The notes below the pieces were generated by a model. That model searched no databases and was not told the DNA's origin. It saw only the letters and a program-made list of their open reading frames with translations. Below, piece by piece: positions 1 to 8,780 of a stretch of DNA of 61,103 nt. The translations under genes and the position numbers were made by a program. Each line of letters opens with the position of its first letter. Positions within the stretch are counted from its first letter, which is position 1. Location: assembly GCA_944392625.1 (NCBI GenBank), contig CALXXG010000055.1:1-61103 (forward strand). The letters run 5' to 3'. Origin of the DNA: an uncultured Rickettsiales bacterium. GTDB lineage: Bacteria > Pseudomonadota > Alphaproteobacteria > Rickettsiales > UBA1997.

Positions 1-104
1 ATGAATTTAACGAATGATGCGTTTCCTTATAAATTAAATAATGATTTAAAAAGTAACGGTTATGTATCAGAAATATGCTATGAGAATAAAAATATGAAGC
101 AACA

Positions 105-569
105 ATGCTTGGTTACACAAGAGCTCATAAAGGTTTAGATTTTGCAGCACCTATTGGGACACCATTTTATGCAGCTGGAAGTGGTACTGTTACAAAAGTT
201 GTTAGAAATTGCAAGGTTGGGAATAGAAGATGTAATGGCGGCTTTGGAAACTATGTAGCAATAAGACACACAAATAACTATACTACAGAATATGCCCATA
301 TATCAAGAGTAGCAAGTAATATAAAAGTTGGCACAAAAGTAAAACAAGGCCAAGTTATAGCTTACGTTGGAAATACAGGTATAACAACTGGGCCACATTT
401 ACATTACGGCGTAATATATAACGGTCAAAGAATAAATCCAGATAGAGTTAAATCGCTTCCAAGCATAAAATTGATTGGAAAAGATTTAATAAATTTTAAT
501 AAAGAAACTGATAAAATAAATTTATATAGATTGAATATTCCTAATCAAAGTTTAAGAATAAAAAGATGA
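105..569 (+). CDS. M23/LytM-family metallopeptidase domain protein (5' end uncertain)
   Basis: LytM motifs HxxxD (AHKGLDFAAP) and HxH (GPHLHYG). There is an in-frame stop at 87-89, and a separate frame-1 ORF runs 1-138, so the gene may be N-terminally truncated or frameshifted. Its stop overlaps the next start (ATGA at 566-569). Confidence 0.7.
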   Translation: MLGYTRAHKGLDFAAPIGTPFYAAGSGTVTKVVRNCKVGNRRCNGGFGNYVAIRHTNNYTTEYAHISRVASNIKVGTKVKQGQVIAYVGNTGITTGPHLHYGVIYNGQRINPDRVKSLPSIKLIGKDLINFNKETDKINLYRLNIPNQSLRIKR

Positions 570-1264
570 TTAAAAAAAATGGATATACAATTGTTGAAAT
601 AAGCATATTAGTAGTAATACTAAGTATTATTTTAAGTATATTTGTTAATGTCAATCTCAAAAAAGATTCAAGCAGCGTAAAAAAAGTAATTTCCGATATA
701 CAAACATATAAAAGTGCTATAAATGAATTTAAAAGAAAATATGGATTTTTACCTGGTGATATAAAAAAAACACAGATTTTTAGTTTATCAGAAACAAATA
801 CTGACGGCAATGAAAATAATATAATAGAGGATATAAATCAACAAAATGGATTAGAAGATCAAAATTTAAAATTAGATGGTGAAATAGCAAATTTTTGGTT
901 ACATTTGTATAAATCTGGTTTTATTGATAATAGTGAAAAAATTTTCCCATATATAGATTATCTGCAAACTGGAATATTAGTTTTTAGTGATGGTACAGAA
1001 AATTATTTTCATTTAGCCGTAAATGGAGTTAATAAAAATAAAGAAATAGAAACAATATTCAACTTAACTCCATATCAAGCATATCAAATAGATTCAAAAT
1101 TAGATGACAGTCTTCCAACAACTGGAAATATATTTGTTTATGGCGGAAATTTCATAAACAATAGTGTAGAGAATAAAATACCAGAAGGGTGCTCAACAAA
1201 CAGTGAATATTTAACTTCATCAAAGCAAAAACTTTGCCAATTAGTGATGAAGTTGGATATATAA
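566..1264 (+). CDS. Prepilin-type N-terminal domain protein (type IV pilin / pseudopilin-like), intact paralog
   Basis: N-terminus KNG/YTIVEISILVVILSII has the G-x4-E plus hydrophobic helix pattern. It shares the central motif IDSKLDDS..TG and the C-terminal KLDI with the paralogs at 25899-26568 and 38983-39694. Confidence 0.6.
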   Translation: MIKKNGYTIVEISILVVILSIILSIFVNVNLKKDSSSVKKVISDIQTYKSAINEFKRKYGFLPGDIKKTQIFSLSETNTDGNENNIIEDINQQNGLEDQNLKLDGEIANFWLHLYKSGFIDNSEKIFPYIDYLQTGILVFSDGTENYFHLAVNGVNKNKEIETIFNLTPYQAYQIDSKLDDSLPTTGNIFVYGGNFINNSVENKIPEGCSTNSEYLTSSKQKLCQLVMKLDI

Positions 1265-1265
1265 A

Positions 1266-2438
1266 TTATAAGTCCAATAATTTCTTTTTTTCTTCGTCAT
1301 TTAAGAAATTAGCGTTTGCAATTTTATTCCAGTAGCTTTCCTGTCGTGTTGATAATGCAGTAATTTTATCTTTTTCATAATATAATGCAATATTTTCATC
1401 ATCAAACATTGGAACTAACCACTTATTTAATGCATTCAATACGCTATCAACCATTGGAATAATAGTCTCCTCCCACATTGATAGTCTAGCTTCAGTTAAA
1501 TTGCTATAGGTATTATCGCCAGGTATGCCCAATAGTTGAGATGGAACGCCAAAAGCTAAAGCTATATCGCGAGCACAACTATATTTTGTATTTAAAAAAT
1601 CCATATCTAAAGGTGTTAAACTCATTTCTTTCCATTCTAAACCGCCTTCTAGCAATAAAGGTTTTCCAGCATTTTCTGATCCAGAAAATTCTTCATTTAA
1701 TTGATTCTTTAATCTAATGAATTGTTCATCACTTAAAAACGCAGAACTATCTTTATCTGACTTTACCATTAAAGCTCCACTAGGTCTAGCTCCATTTTGC
1801 AACATAGCCTGATTCCATTTCGAAGCCTCATTGTGTTGATCTATAGAATATGCAGCGGCTTCTACAGGAGACAACCCATACCAATCATTAATTGGATTAA
1901 AATTTTTTATATGTAAAATTTCTGATTTTCCATTTAATCTGTCAACATAAAATGTAGTTTCATGGCCATTAACTTTATACTTATAGGCCATTGGAACATT
2001 GCTGCTGCCAGCTATTAGCGTTATTCTATCTGGCCTTAATATAAATAATTCTTTTGGATTTTTAAAATTATTTCTATCTAATAAAATTGCCTGAATATAA
2101 GAATTACCTGATATTAATTTATAGGAATATAATGTTTCAAAAAATTCATTTCCACTTTGAATTGGATTTGGATTTTTTAATAGGCATTCAAGAGGATGAT
2201 TTTCTATTTTTTTATTATTGTTTTTATTATAAACAAAAAATGGTATAGAGCTCGCGCTTCTTGCAAGCATAGAAACACATTTATAGGCAATAACATTTTT
2301 TATATAGGCTTCTCTTGCAAAAACTTCATAGTTTCTGTCAGACCAAACAGCTTTACCTAAAGGATGATAATATGATTTTATTTCTTTAATGTTATTATTT
2401 TCTTTCTTTTCTTTTAAAAAATTTTTAAATATTTTCAT
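1266..2438 (-). CDS. Phage portal protein, HK97 family (GTA-like, isolated)
   Basis: 390 aa with a portal-like core (NSYIQAILL, RPDRITLI, GLSPVEAAAYSIDQHNEASKWNQAMLQNGARPSGAL, FGVPSQLLG). No terminase or protease gene is adjacent. Confidence 0.8.
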   Translation of the reverse strand: MKIFKNFLKEKKENNNIKEIKSYYHPLGKAVWSDRNYEVFAREAYIKNVIAYKCVSMLARSASSIPFFVYNKNNNKKIENHPLECLLKNPNPIQSGNEFFETLYSYKLISGNSYIQAILLDRNNFKNPKELFILRPDRITLIAGSSNVPMAYKYKVNGHETTFYVDRLNGKSEILHIKNFNPINDWYGLSPVEAAAYSIDQHNEASKWNQAMLQNGARPSGALMVKSDKDSSAFLSDEQFIRLKNQLNEEFSGSENAGKPLLLEGGLEWKEMSLTPLDMDFLNTKYSCARDIALAFGVPSQLLGIPGDNTYSNLTEARLSMWEETIIPMVDSVLNALNKWLVPMFDDENIALYYEKDKITALSTRQESYWNKIANANFLNDEEKKKLLDL

Positions 2439-2505
2439 GCTAATATTCCATAATTATTTTATAAATATGGAATATTAGTTAAAAAATTAATTGGAAGTAT
2501 AAAAA

Positions 2506-3597
2506 TTATTTTGTTAAAATTGATGATTTTTCTCTATTAGTAAAAAATTTTTCAGCTATTCTTTTTCTTAATAAAGATGATATATTTTTTCTTTCATCTG
2601 GTTTTAACTTAGATTCATTAGGATTATTATTGTGCGTCAGTAATCCAATACCACTTATATTATTTTTTATTACATATGACATTTTATATTTATCAACATC
2701 TATATTATTAATATCAAATTCATCTGTAAATAAATTAGATAAGTCATTATCATACATTTCCATAAACTTTGGAAATAAAACAGTTTCAACAGCTTGCATT
2801 AATGTTTCATAATGTCCGCTATAATTTGATAAATAGGATATCTTTCCATTTTTAAATAAAGCCATACCGGCAAATAACACATCATTATTTCTACTAATAA
2901 AATTATGATGAATAACTCCATTTTTAAATGGAAAAACATATAAATCATTATTTTTATCTATAACAGTACAAGAAAAATATACTTTTCCAACCGATGTATT
3001 GTTTTCTCCGAATAAATCTATTATTATATGTTCTTCTTTTTCTGGACTTTCTTTAAACATATTTTTATATATTGATAAGCTATCAAGAACTTGTCCATTT
3101 GAATAAAATTTTCCATTTTTAATATAAACTTTATATTTTTCTTTGTTTCTATTGTCGCAATATTGTAATTTTCTATAATCAAGCTTTAAAAGTTTTAAAT
3201 AATTTGAATAAATATTCAATAAATTAATTTGCTCTTTTTTAATTTTATTTATTTTATTTTTTAATATTTGTACATTGCTATTATTTGATATGAATTTTTT
3301 AATTTTGTAAAAATCATTTTTTTCTTGATTATGTAAATTATTTTTCAAAGATAAATTTAATCTATCCAAAGATAATATTGCTTTTTTAAGGAGCATATCA
3401 TTTTTGATAATTTCATAATGATATTTGCAAATTATCTCCTCAAAATTTCTTTGCTTATCGTATGAGTTAGCAATATTAATCATAGTTTTCATATTAAAAA
3501 CAGAAATTTCAGGATATCCATTTGAATACGCTATTCTTTCAATATCGTAATTTTTGTTAACTGATATAAATTGTTTTTTATAAATATTGTTGTCCAT
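2506..3597 (-). CDS. Hypothetical protein (coiled-coil N-terminus, unassigned C-terminal domain)
   Basis: Long ORF with no recognisable family. The C-terminal region contains GVIHHNFISRNNDVLFAGMALFKNGKISYLSNYSGHYE. Confidence 0.5.
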   Translation of the reverse strand: MDNNIYKKQFISVNKNYDIERIAYSNGYPEISVFNMKTMINIANSYDKQRNFEEIICKYHYEIIKNDMLLKKAILSLDRLNLSLKNNLHNQEKNDFYKIKKFISNNSNVQILKNKINKIKKEQINLLNIYSNYLKLLKLDYRKLQYCDNRNKEKYKVYIKNGKFYSNGQVLDSLSIYKNMFKESPEKEEHIIIDLFGENNTSVGKVYFSCTVIDKNNDLYVFPFKNGVIHHNFISRNNDVLFAGMALFKNGKISYLSNYSGHYETLMQAVETVLFPKFMEMYDNDLSNLFTDEFDINNIDVDKYKMSYVIKNNISGIGLLTHNNNPNESKLKPDERKNISSLLRKRIAEKFFTNREKSSILTK

Positions 3598-3719
3598 TTA
3601 ACTATTTTATAATTCCATAATAAAAAAATTATAAAATATTTTTTAAGATGAATCAATAAAAAACTTGATTTATCATCATTTTATTATATTATTATTGCTG
3701 ATAGTTAAATATATTAGGT

Positions 3720-5561
3720 ATGCAAAAGAACAATAAAAACAGTAAAAATAAGAAGAAACAATTTATCAAAAAATTTATAAAATTCTGTTTTAAATGGGGT
3801 TTCGTTCTGTTTATATGGTGTGTTATAACAATTGCAATCTTATTAGCCTATTATAGTAGAGACTTGCCAGATATAACGCCTCAAATTAAAATTGATGAAG
3901 ATACAAATATTCAAATACTATATTCTAATGGTGAGGAAATAAAAAGCTATGGAGAGTTAAGTTCTGATATAACAAACTATGCGGAATTTCCATTATATTT
4001 AGTTGATGGACTGGTCGCCACAGAAGATAGAAAATTTTTTAGACATCACGGTTTTGATTATATTGGCATTATAAGGGCTTTTATTGTAAATCTAAAATCA
4101 GGATATATAAAACAAGGCGGTTCAACAATTACACAGCAATTAGCAAAAATGATTCTAAGAAATTCACAAAAAACTTTAAAGAGAAAGATACAAGAATTAC
4201 TTTTATCAGTTCAACTTGAAAAAAAACTTACAAAAGAAGAAATTTTAACAATGTACCTTAATAAAGCTTATTTTGGAGCTGGTAAATATGGTATTCAAGA
4301 TGCAGCAAAATTTTATTTTGATAAGGAGGTATCACAATTAAATTTGGAAGAAAGTGCAATGTTAATTGGACTTTTAAAAGCGCCATCGAAATATTCTCCA
4401 AAAAACAATCCATTCCTGTCTAAACAAAGAACAAAACAAGTAATAACGAATATGCGCAATGCTGGTTTATTATCAGATGATCAGTATAAACAATATTTAA
4501 ATACATATTTTGATAGTATTATTGAAGCAACTATAAATTCAGATGAAAAGTTAAGCGAAGAATTATATTTTGCCGATTGGATAAAAAGCCAGATTCAAGA
4601 CTATACGAATGAAGTTAATATTGAAGTCAACACAACTCTAAATCAATATATACAAAGTGCGATAGAGAATAGTATAGCTAATTTTATTATAAAATATAAA
4701 AATAAATTAAAAAACAGTCAAATAGCAGTCATTGCAATGGCAAATGATGGTGCAATATTAGGAATGACTGGTGGAATAAATTATAGCAAAAGTGAATTCA
4801 ATAGAGCAATTTATGCCTATAGGCAACCAGGATCAGCTTTTAAGATTTTTGCTTTTTTGGCCGGCATTAGAGAAAAAAATTTTACTCCTCAGACAAGATT
4901 TATAGATGAACCAGTCGCTGTCGGAAATTGGTTTCCTGATAATTATGGGGGGAAATATTATGGAGAGGTTTCAATGAAAACAGCTTTTGCAAAATCTCTA
5001 AATTCAGTAGCAATACAAATATCGGAGTATTCTAAGGTTGGAAATGTAGCAAAGCTTGCTAAAAAAATGGGTATAATTTCGCCAATAGATAAAGATGACC
5101 CAACAATTGCCTTGGGAACTACTCAGGTAAATTTATTAGAGTTAACTTCTGCCTATGCTGTCATAAATAATGGTGGAAATGCCGTAATTCCATACTCTAT
5201 AACAAAAATTAAAAATAAAGATGATAACAATATAATTTATAAAAGAAAAACAGGAGGACTTTCAAAAATACTTGATAATACGGAAGTAAATTATATGAAA
5301 GAAATGATGTACGAAGTTGTTGTTAATGGAACTGGAAAAAATGCAAAAATAGACAGTCTTGTTGATAAAGGTGAATATTACATAGGTGGAAAAACAGGAA
5401 CAAGTCAAAATTATTCAGATGCTTGGTTTGTTGGATACATTGAAGATATGGTAATAGGCGTATGGATTGGAAATGATGATAATACAAGCATGGGCAGAAC
5501 AACAGGAGGAACATTGCCATCAATATTATGGAAAAATATTGTAGAAAATATAATTTTATAA
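3720..5561 (+). CDS. mrcA: Penicillin-binding protein 1A (bifunctional transglycosylase/transpeptidase)
   Basis: GT51 motifs EDRKFFRHHGFD and GGSTITQQLAK. Transpeptidase motifs SAFK (SxxK), SLN (SxN) and KTGT. N-terminal membrane anchor. Confidence 0.9.
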   Translation: MQKNNKNSKNKKKQFIKKFIKFCFKWGFVLFIWCVITIAILLAYYSRDLPDITPQIKIDEDTNIQILYSNGEEIKSYGELSSDITNYAEFPLYLVDGLVATEDRKFFRHHGFDYIGIIRAFIVNLKSGYIKQGGSTITQQLAKMILRNSQKTLKRKIQELLLSVQLEKKLTKEEILTMYLNKAYFGAGKYGIQDAAKFYFDKEVSQLNLEESAMLIGLLKAPSKYSPKNNPFLSKQRTKQVITNMRNAGLLSDDQYKQYLNTYFDSIIEATINSDEKLSEELYFADWIKSQIQDYTNEVNIEVNTTLNQYIQSAIENSIANFIIKYKNKLKNSQIAVIAMANDGAILGMTGGINYSKSEFNRAIYAYRQPGSAFKIFAFLAGIREKNFTPQTRFIDEPVAVGNWFPDNYGGKYYGEVSMKTAFAKSLNSVAIQISEYSKVGNVAKLAKKMGIISPIDKDDPTIALGTTQVNLLELTSAYAVINNGGNAVIPYSITKIKNKDDNNIIYKRKTGGLSKILDNTEVNYMKEMMYEVVVNGTGKNAKIDSLVDKGEYYIGGKTGTSQNYSDAWFVGYIEDMVIGVWIGNDDNTSMGRTTGGTLPSILWKNIVENIIL

Positions 5562-5644
5562 AGTTTTAAGTTTTATGGATTTTTCCTGTTGAAATTAAAA
5601 AATAATATGTTATTAATTATTTGTAATTAATTTTAGGAAAAAAT

Positions 5645-6172
5645 ATGAAATTAGAAAATATATCAATAGGCAAAAATGCTCCAGATGAAGTTAACGTTTT
5701 TGTTGAAAATCCAGCAAATGCGCTTCCTGTTAAATATGAATTAGATAAAAAGAGTGGTGTACTTTTTGTAGACAGATTCTTAGCTACCCCAATGCATTAT
5801 CCTTGCAGCTATGGCTTTGTACCAAATACTTTATCAGAGGACGGAGATCCGGTTGATGTTTTAGTTATTGCAGAATATGCATTACAACCTGGTACGGTAA
5901 TTCCAGCAAAATTAATTGGTGTTTTAATTATGGAAGATGAAAAAGGAATGGATGAAAAATTATTAGCAGTTCCTACAGTTAAAATGAATTCAGAATATTC
6001 TCATTATAATGAACTAGAAGAAATACCAACAATTCTTTTAGATAAAATTAAACATTTTTTTGAACATTATAAAGATTTGGAAAAAGGAAAATGGGTAAAA
6101 ATTACAGGTTTCAAAAATGCTGCAGAAGCTAAAAAAATCATGAATGAAGCCGTAGAAAGAGCCAAAAAATAA
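5645..6172 (+). CDS. ppa: Inorganic pyrophosphatase
   Basis: 175 aa family I PPase pattern (YELDKKSGVLFVDR, YGFVPNTLSEDGDPVDVLV). Confidence 0.95.
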   Translation: MKLENISIGKNAPDEVNVFVENPANALPVKYELDKKSGVLFVDRFLATPMHYPCSYGFVPNTLSEDGDPVDVLVIAEYALQPGTVIPAKLIGVLIMEDEKGMDEKLLAVPTVKMNSEYSHYNELEEIPTILLDKIKHFFEHYKDLEKGKWVKITGFKNAAEAKKIMNEAVERAKK

Positions 6173-6223
6173 TCTCACTTTTTTAATATCACTTTTGTTA
6201 GTGATATCTTATATAATATTATA

Positions 6224-6249
6224 TAGTCCTCATAATTTTTTGAGGACTA
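6224..6249. terminator. Bidirectional hairpin between convergent ppa and the 6285-6893 gene
   Basis: TAGTCCTCA-N8-TGAGGACTA. A second hairpin ATATCACT-N6-AGTGATAT lies at 6186-6207. Confidence 0.6.
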
Positions 6250-6284
6250 TTAGTATTTATTTAGTAATCATCATTAAATTAAAA

Positions 6285-6893
6285 TTATTCAATGCAACAA
6301 TCTATAGCTTTTTTAACAAAATTTTTCATTTTTGTTAAAGCTCCTTCTTCTTTTTCTATGCTTTCAACATCAATTGTTTTTGCTGTGCTGTCGTCCGTAT
6401 TTTCCATAATATTTGTTTCTTTTATTTTTTCCGTAATTTTTTTTATGTCTTCTTTTGAATCTTCAACCCATTTGACATCTTCAATATTTAGCATATTCAT
6501 ATTTAAGCCCCAGAACAAACAATAGAGTTCATAAGATTTATTAAAAAGATCATATGCTTCTTGCGTATTTTTAAGGCTTAATTGTTTTGTTCCAACTTCC
6601 ATTAATCTCATTGAACTAGCTAACAAATGTTTTGAAATACACCAAACTTCACCTTCATATTGAGGTATTAATTTTTGCATTAGTTTTTTACGAATTTCTC
6701 TGACCTGTTCTATTAAATCGTAGTAGGATGTTTTGCCAGTTTTAGCCCCAGAATACATTAAATGCTCTTCTATGGAAATTAAATTCATGATGCCAATTGT
6801 TAGGTCTTGGTCTGAGGATAAGTCCTTTGGATTGAGTTTTTTAGCTTGATCCATTTTTTCAACAAATTCTTTTACGTTTTCTATTTTTTTCAT
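6285..6893 (-). CDS. Hypothetical protein (soluble; first gene partner of the membrane protein upstream)
   Basis: 202 aa ORF lying 9 nt downstream of the 6903-7412 gene on the same strand. Conserved-looking IEEHL and WCISKHLL segments and a C-terminal DCCIE. Family not recognised. Confidence 0.55.
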   Translation of the reverse strand: MKKIENVKEFVEKMDQAKKLNPKDLSSDQDLTIGIMNLISIEEHLMYSGAKTGKTSYYDLIEQVREIRKKLMQKLIPQYEGEVWCISKHLLASSMRLMEVGTKQLSLKNTQEAYDLFNKSYELYCLFWGLNMNMLNIEDVKWVEDSKEDIKKITEKIKETNIMENTDDSTAKTIDVESIEKEEGALTKMKNFVKKAIDCCIE

Positions 6894-6902
6894 AATTACT
6901 CC

Positions 6903-7412
6903 TTAAAACTTTATATAATTAAAATAAATACTTAAAATACTTAAAAAAGCAACAGGTAAAACAACTTTTTCAAAAGGAAAATGTGCATGCCCATTATTTT
7001 TCTTTTTCATGTATTGATACAATTTTTGCGACGCAATAAATATAAAAGCTCCTAATAGGCTGCTAAATAATATTGGGTCCATATATATGACATACAATAT
7101 TACCTGTGGCGTATACACAACTTCTTTAATATATATAAAACCTATCATGGTAATAGAAATAAACATTATTAAAGAATTTCTTCCTTTAAAATTCCAATTT
7201 TTTTTATCACAGAATAAAATAGTCCAATAGCCAATAATTGCCAATAAAGCACCAGCCCATAATCCAACTATTGAGTCTTGAACGCCAAGCTTACGTGCTA
7301 GAGTTAGTGAGGCACCAATTGCGATAGTGCAAACAGCACAGGCAGGATTGGCAAAAGAGGATTTTATTAGTGCTAAAAAAGATAATGCAATAAATGAAGT
7401 TATTTTAAACAT
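6903..7412 (-). CDS. Hypothetical integral membrane protein with CxxC after a signal-like segment
   Basis: 169 aa with about 5 hydrophobic helices and ANPACAVCTIAIGASL near the N-terminus. Divergently transcribed from the ArsR-like regulator. Confidence 0.55.
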   Translation of the reverse strand: MFKITSFIALSFLALIKSSFANPACAVCTIAIGASLTLARKLGVQDSIVGLWAGALLAIIGYWTILFCDKKNWNFKGRNSLIMFISITMIGFIYIKEVVYTPQVILYVIYMDPILFSSLLGAFIFIASQKLYQYMKKKNNGHAHFPFEKVVLPVAFLSILSIYFNYIKF

Positions 7413-7422
7413 ATAATAAACT

Positions 7423-7446
7423 ATAGATATTATTAATAATATCTAT
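7423..7446. promoter_or_regulatory. Perfect 24-bp palindrome, candidate operator
   Basis: ATAGATATTATT|AATAATATCTAT, 11 nt upstream of the start codon at 7412, inside the divergent promoter region. Confidence 0.4.
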
Positions 7447-7503
7447 TAATAATAATATATATTAAAATGTCAATATATTTTTTGTTTGCAATTAAAATTT
7501 TTT

Positions 7504-7532
7504 AGTGTTTACTATAATAGATTTATAAACAC
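7504..7532. promoter_or_regulatory. Inverted repeat AGTGTTTA-N13-TAAACACT enclosing a TATAAT box, candidate autoregulatory operator
   Basis: Located 16 nt upstream of the ArsR-like start at 7548. TATAAT lies at 7513-7518 between the half-sites. Confidence 0.35.
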
Positions 7533-7547
7533 TTTTACAGGTAGAAA

Positions 7548-8210
7548 ATGGAAGAAGATTTAAAGGTGGAAAAACAGCTGCCAATTGAAACTATGAAAAA
7601 GGCCTATAGAGGTATAACCTATATAGCACATCCATTGCGTATGAGAATATTGGAATTTCTTGATGTTAACGGCTCTTCTTCTGTCTCTCAGATAACTAAA
7701 GCTCTAGACGAAGATCAAATAATAGTATCTCAAAGTTTAAAGAAATTAAGGGATGCAAACCTTGTAAAAACTCAAAGAAAGGGCATATTTATATACTATA
7801 GTATAGACGAAGAATATCCGGCAAGCTTGTTTAAATGCATTAGAAAATTATATGGATACATGACAAACAACTTCAAATTTTTAATTGATGGCTATAAGGA
7901 AATTTTACCAACAGATTTTACAATTCTAGCTGCAAGCCGTATAAAACTGTTTGCTAATTTTGATAAAATGAGAATTTTAGAATATCTAATTATTAATGAA
8001 GAATGTTGTGTATCAAAGATAGCCGATGGTGTCGAGCTTGAACAATTAAAGGTATCTCAATATTTGAAAAAACTACTTGAAGATGGTTTTGTAAAATCTA
8101 GAAAAGATGGGCGCTTTGTCTATTATAAAATAACAAAGGGTGTTCATAGAACCGCATTAAAATGTATTCATAAACGATATATTACTTTAAAAGATAAAAG
8201 CTTATTTTAA
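7548..8210 (+). CDS. Tandem-duplicated ArsR/SmtB-type winged-HTH transcriptional regulator
   Basis: Two internal repeats of the ArsR pattern: HPLRMRILEFL...VSQSLKKLRDANLVKTQRKGIFIYYSI and FDKMRILEYL...VSQYLKKLLEDGFVKSRKDGRFVYYKI. Confidence 0.7.
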   Translation: MEEDLKVEKQLPIETMKKAYRGITYIAHPLRMRILEFLDVNGSSSVSQITKALDEDQIIVSQSLKKLRDANLVKTQRKGIFIYYSIDEEYPASLFKCIRKLYGYMTNNFKFLIDGYKEILPTDFTILAASRIKLFANFDKMRILEYLIINEECCVSKIADGVELEQLKVSQYLKKLLEDGFVKSRKDGRFVYYKITKGVHRTALKCIHKRYITLKDKSLF

Positions 8211-8240
8211 AATAATTAATTATATACAATTAACAAAATT

Positions 8241-8260
8241 AAACCTCATTTTTGAGGTTT
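8241..8260. terminator. Hairpin between the convergent ArsR-like gene and rpmE
   Basis: AAACCTCA-TTTT-TGAGGTTT. Confidence 0.6.
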
Positions 8261-8292
8261 AATATATTCAAATAATTTTGGTTTAAATAAAA

Positions 8293-8520
8293 TTAAAATT
8301 TAAAACCACCAAATTTTTTATTGAATTTAGCAATTTGATCATCTTTCACGTTAACGAAAGCCTGTTTACCATCTTTCCATGCTGGATGGTTATATGGATC
8401 TAAATCCAATACTATAACACTACCTTCTTTTCCGTAGCATGATTTTGTTTTAAATTCACCACCATCTGTTGTTTTAACAATAATCATATGATAGTCCGGA
8501 TGAATATCTTTCTTAGCCAT
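8293..8520 (-). CDS. rpmE: 50S ribosomal protein L31
   Basis: MAKKDIHPDYH start, 75 aa, ending in the ...KFNKKFGGF pattern. Confidence 0.9.
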   Translation of the reverse strand: MAKKDIHPDYHMIIVKTTDGGEFKTKSCYGKEGSVIVLDLDPYNHPAWKDGKQAFVNVKDDQIAKFNKKFGGFKF

Positions 8521-8780
8521 TTCACTTCCTAATATTTAATTTAATAAATTTCACATTGTTTTTATTTTAAAACATTTATTTATTTAATCAAGAAAAAAAA
8601 TATACAATAATAACTTTTTATTTTTAATTAGCAAAATAACAAATATTAATAAATAAATATAATTGTATGTATAAGAATTAAATAAATATTATATATTTCA
8701 AGCTAAATTAACATATAATAAATATTGACTTTATATTTTTAAATATTAAAATTTTTTTATCTAAATAATTATTAAATTAT

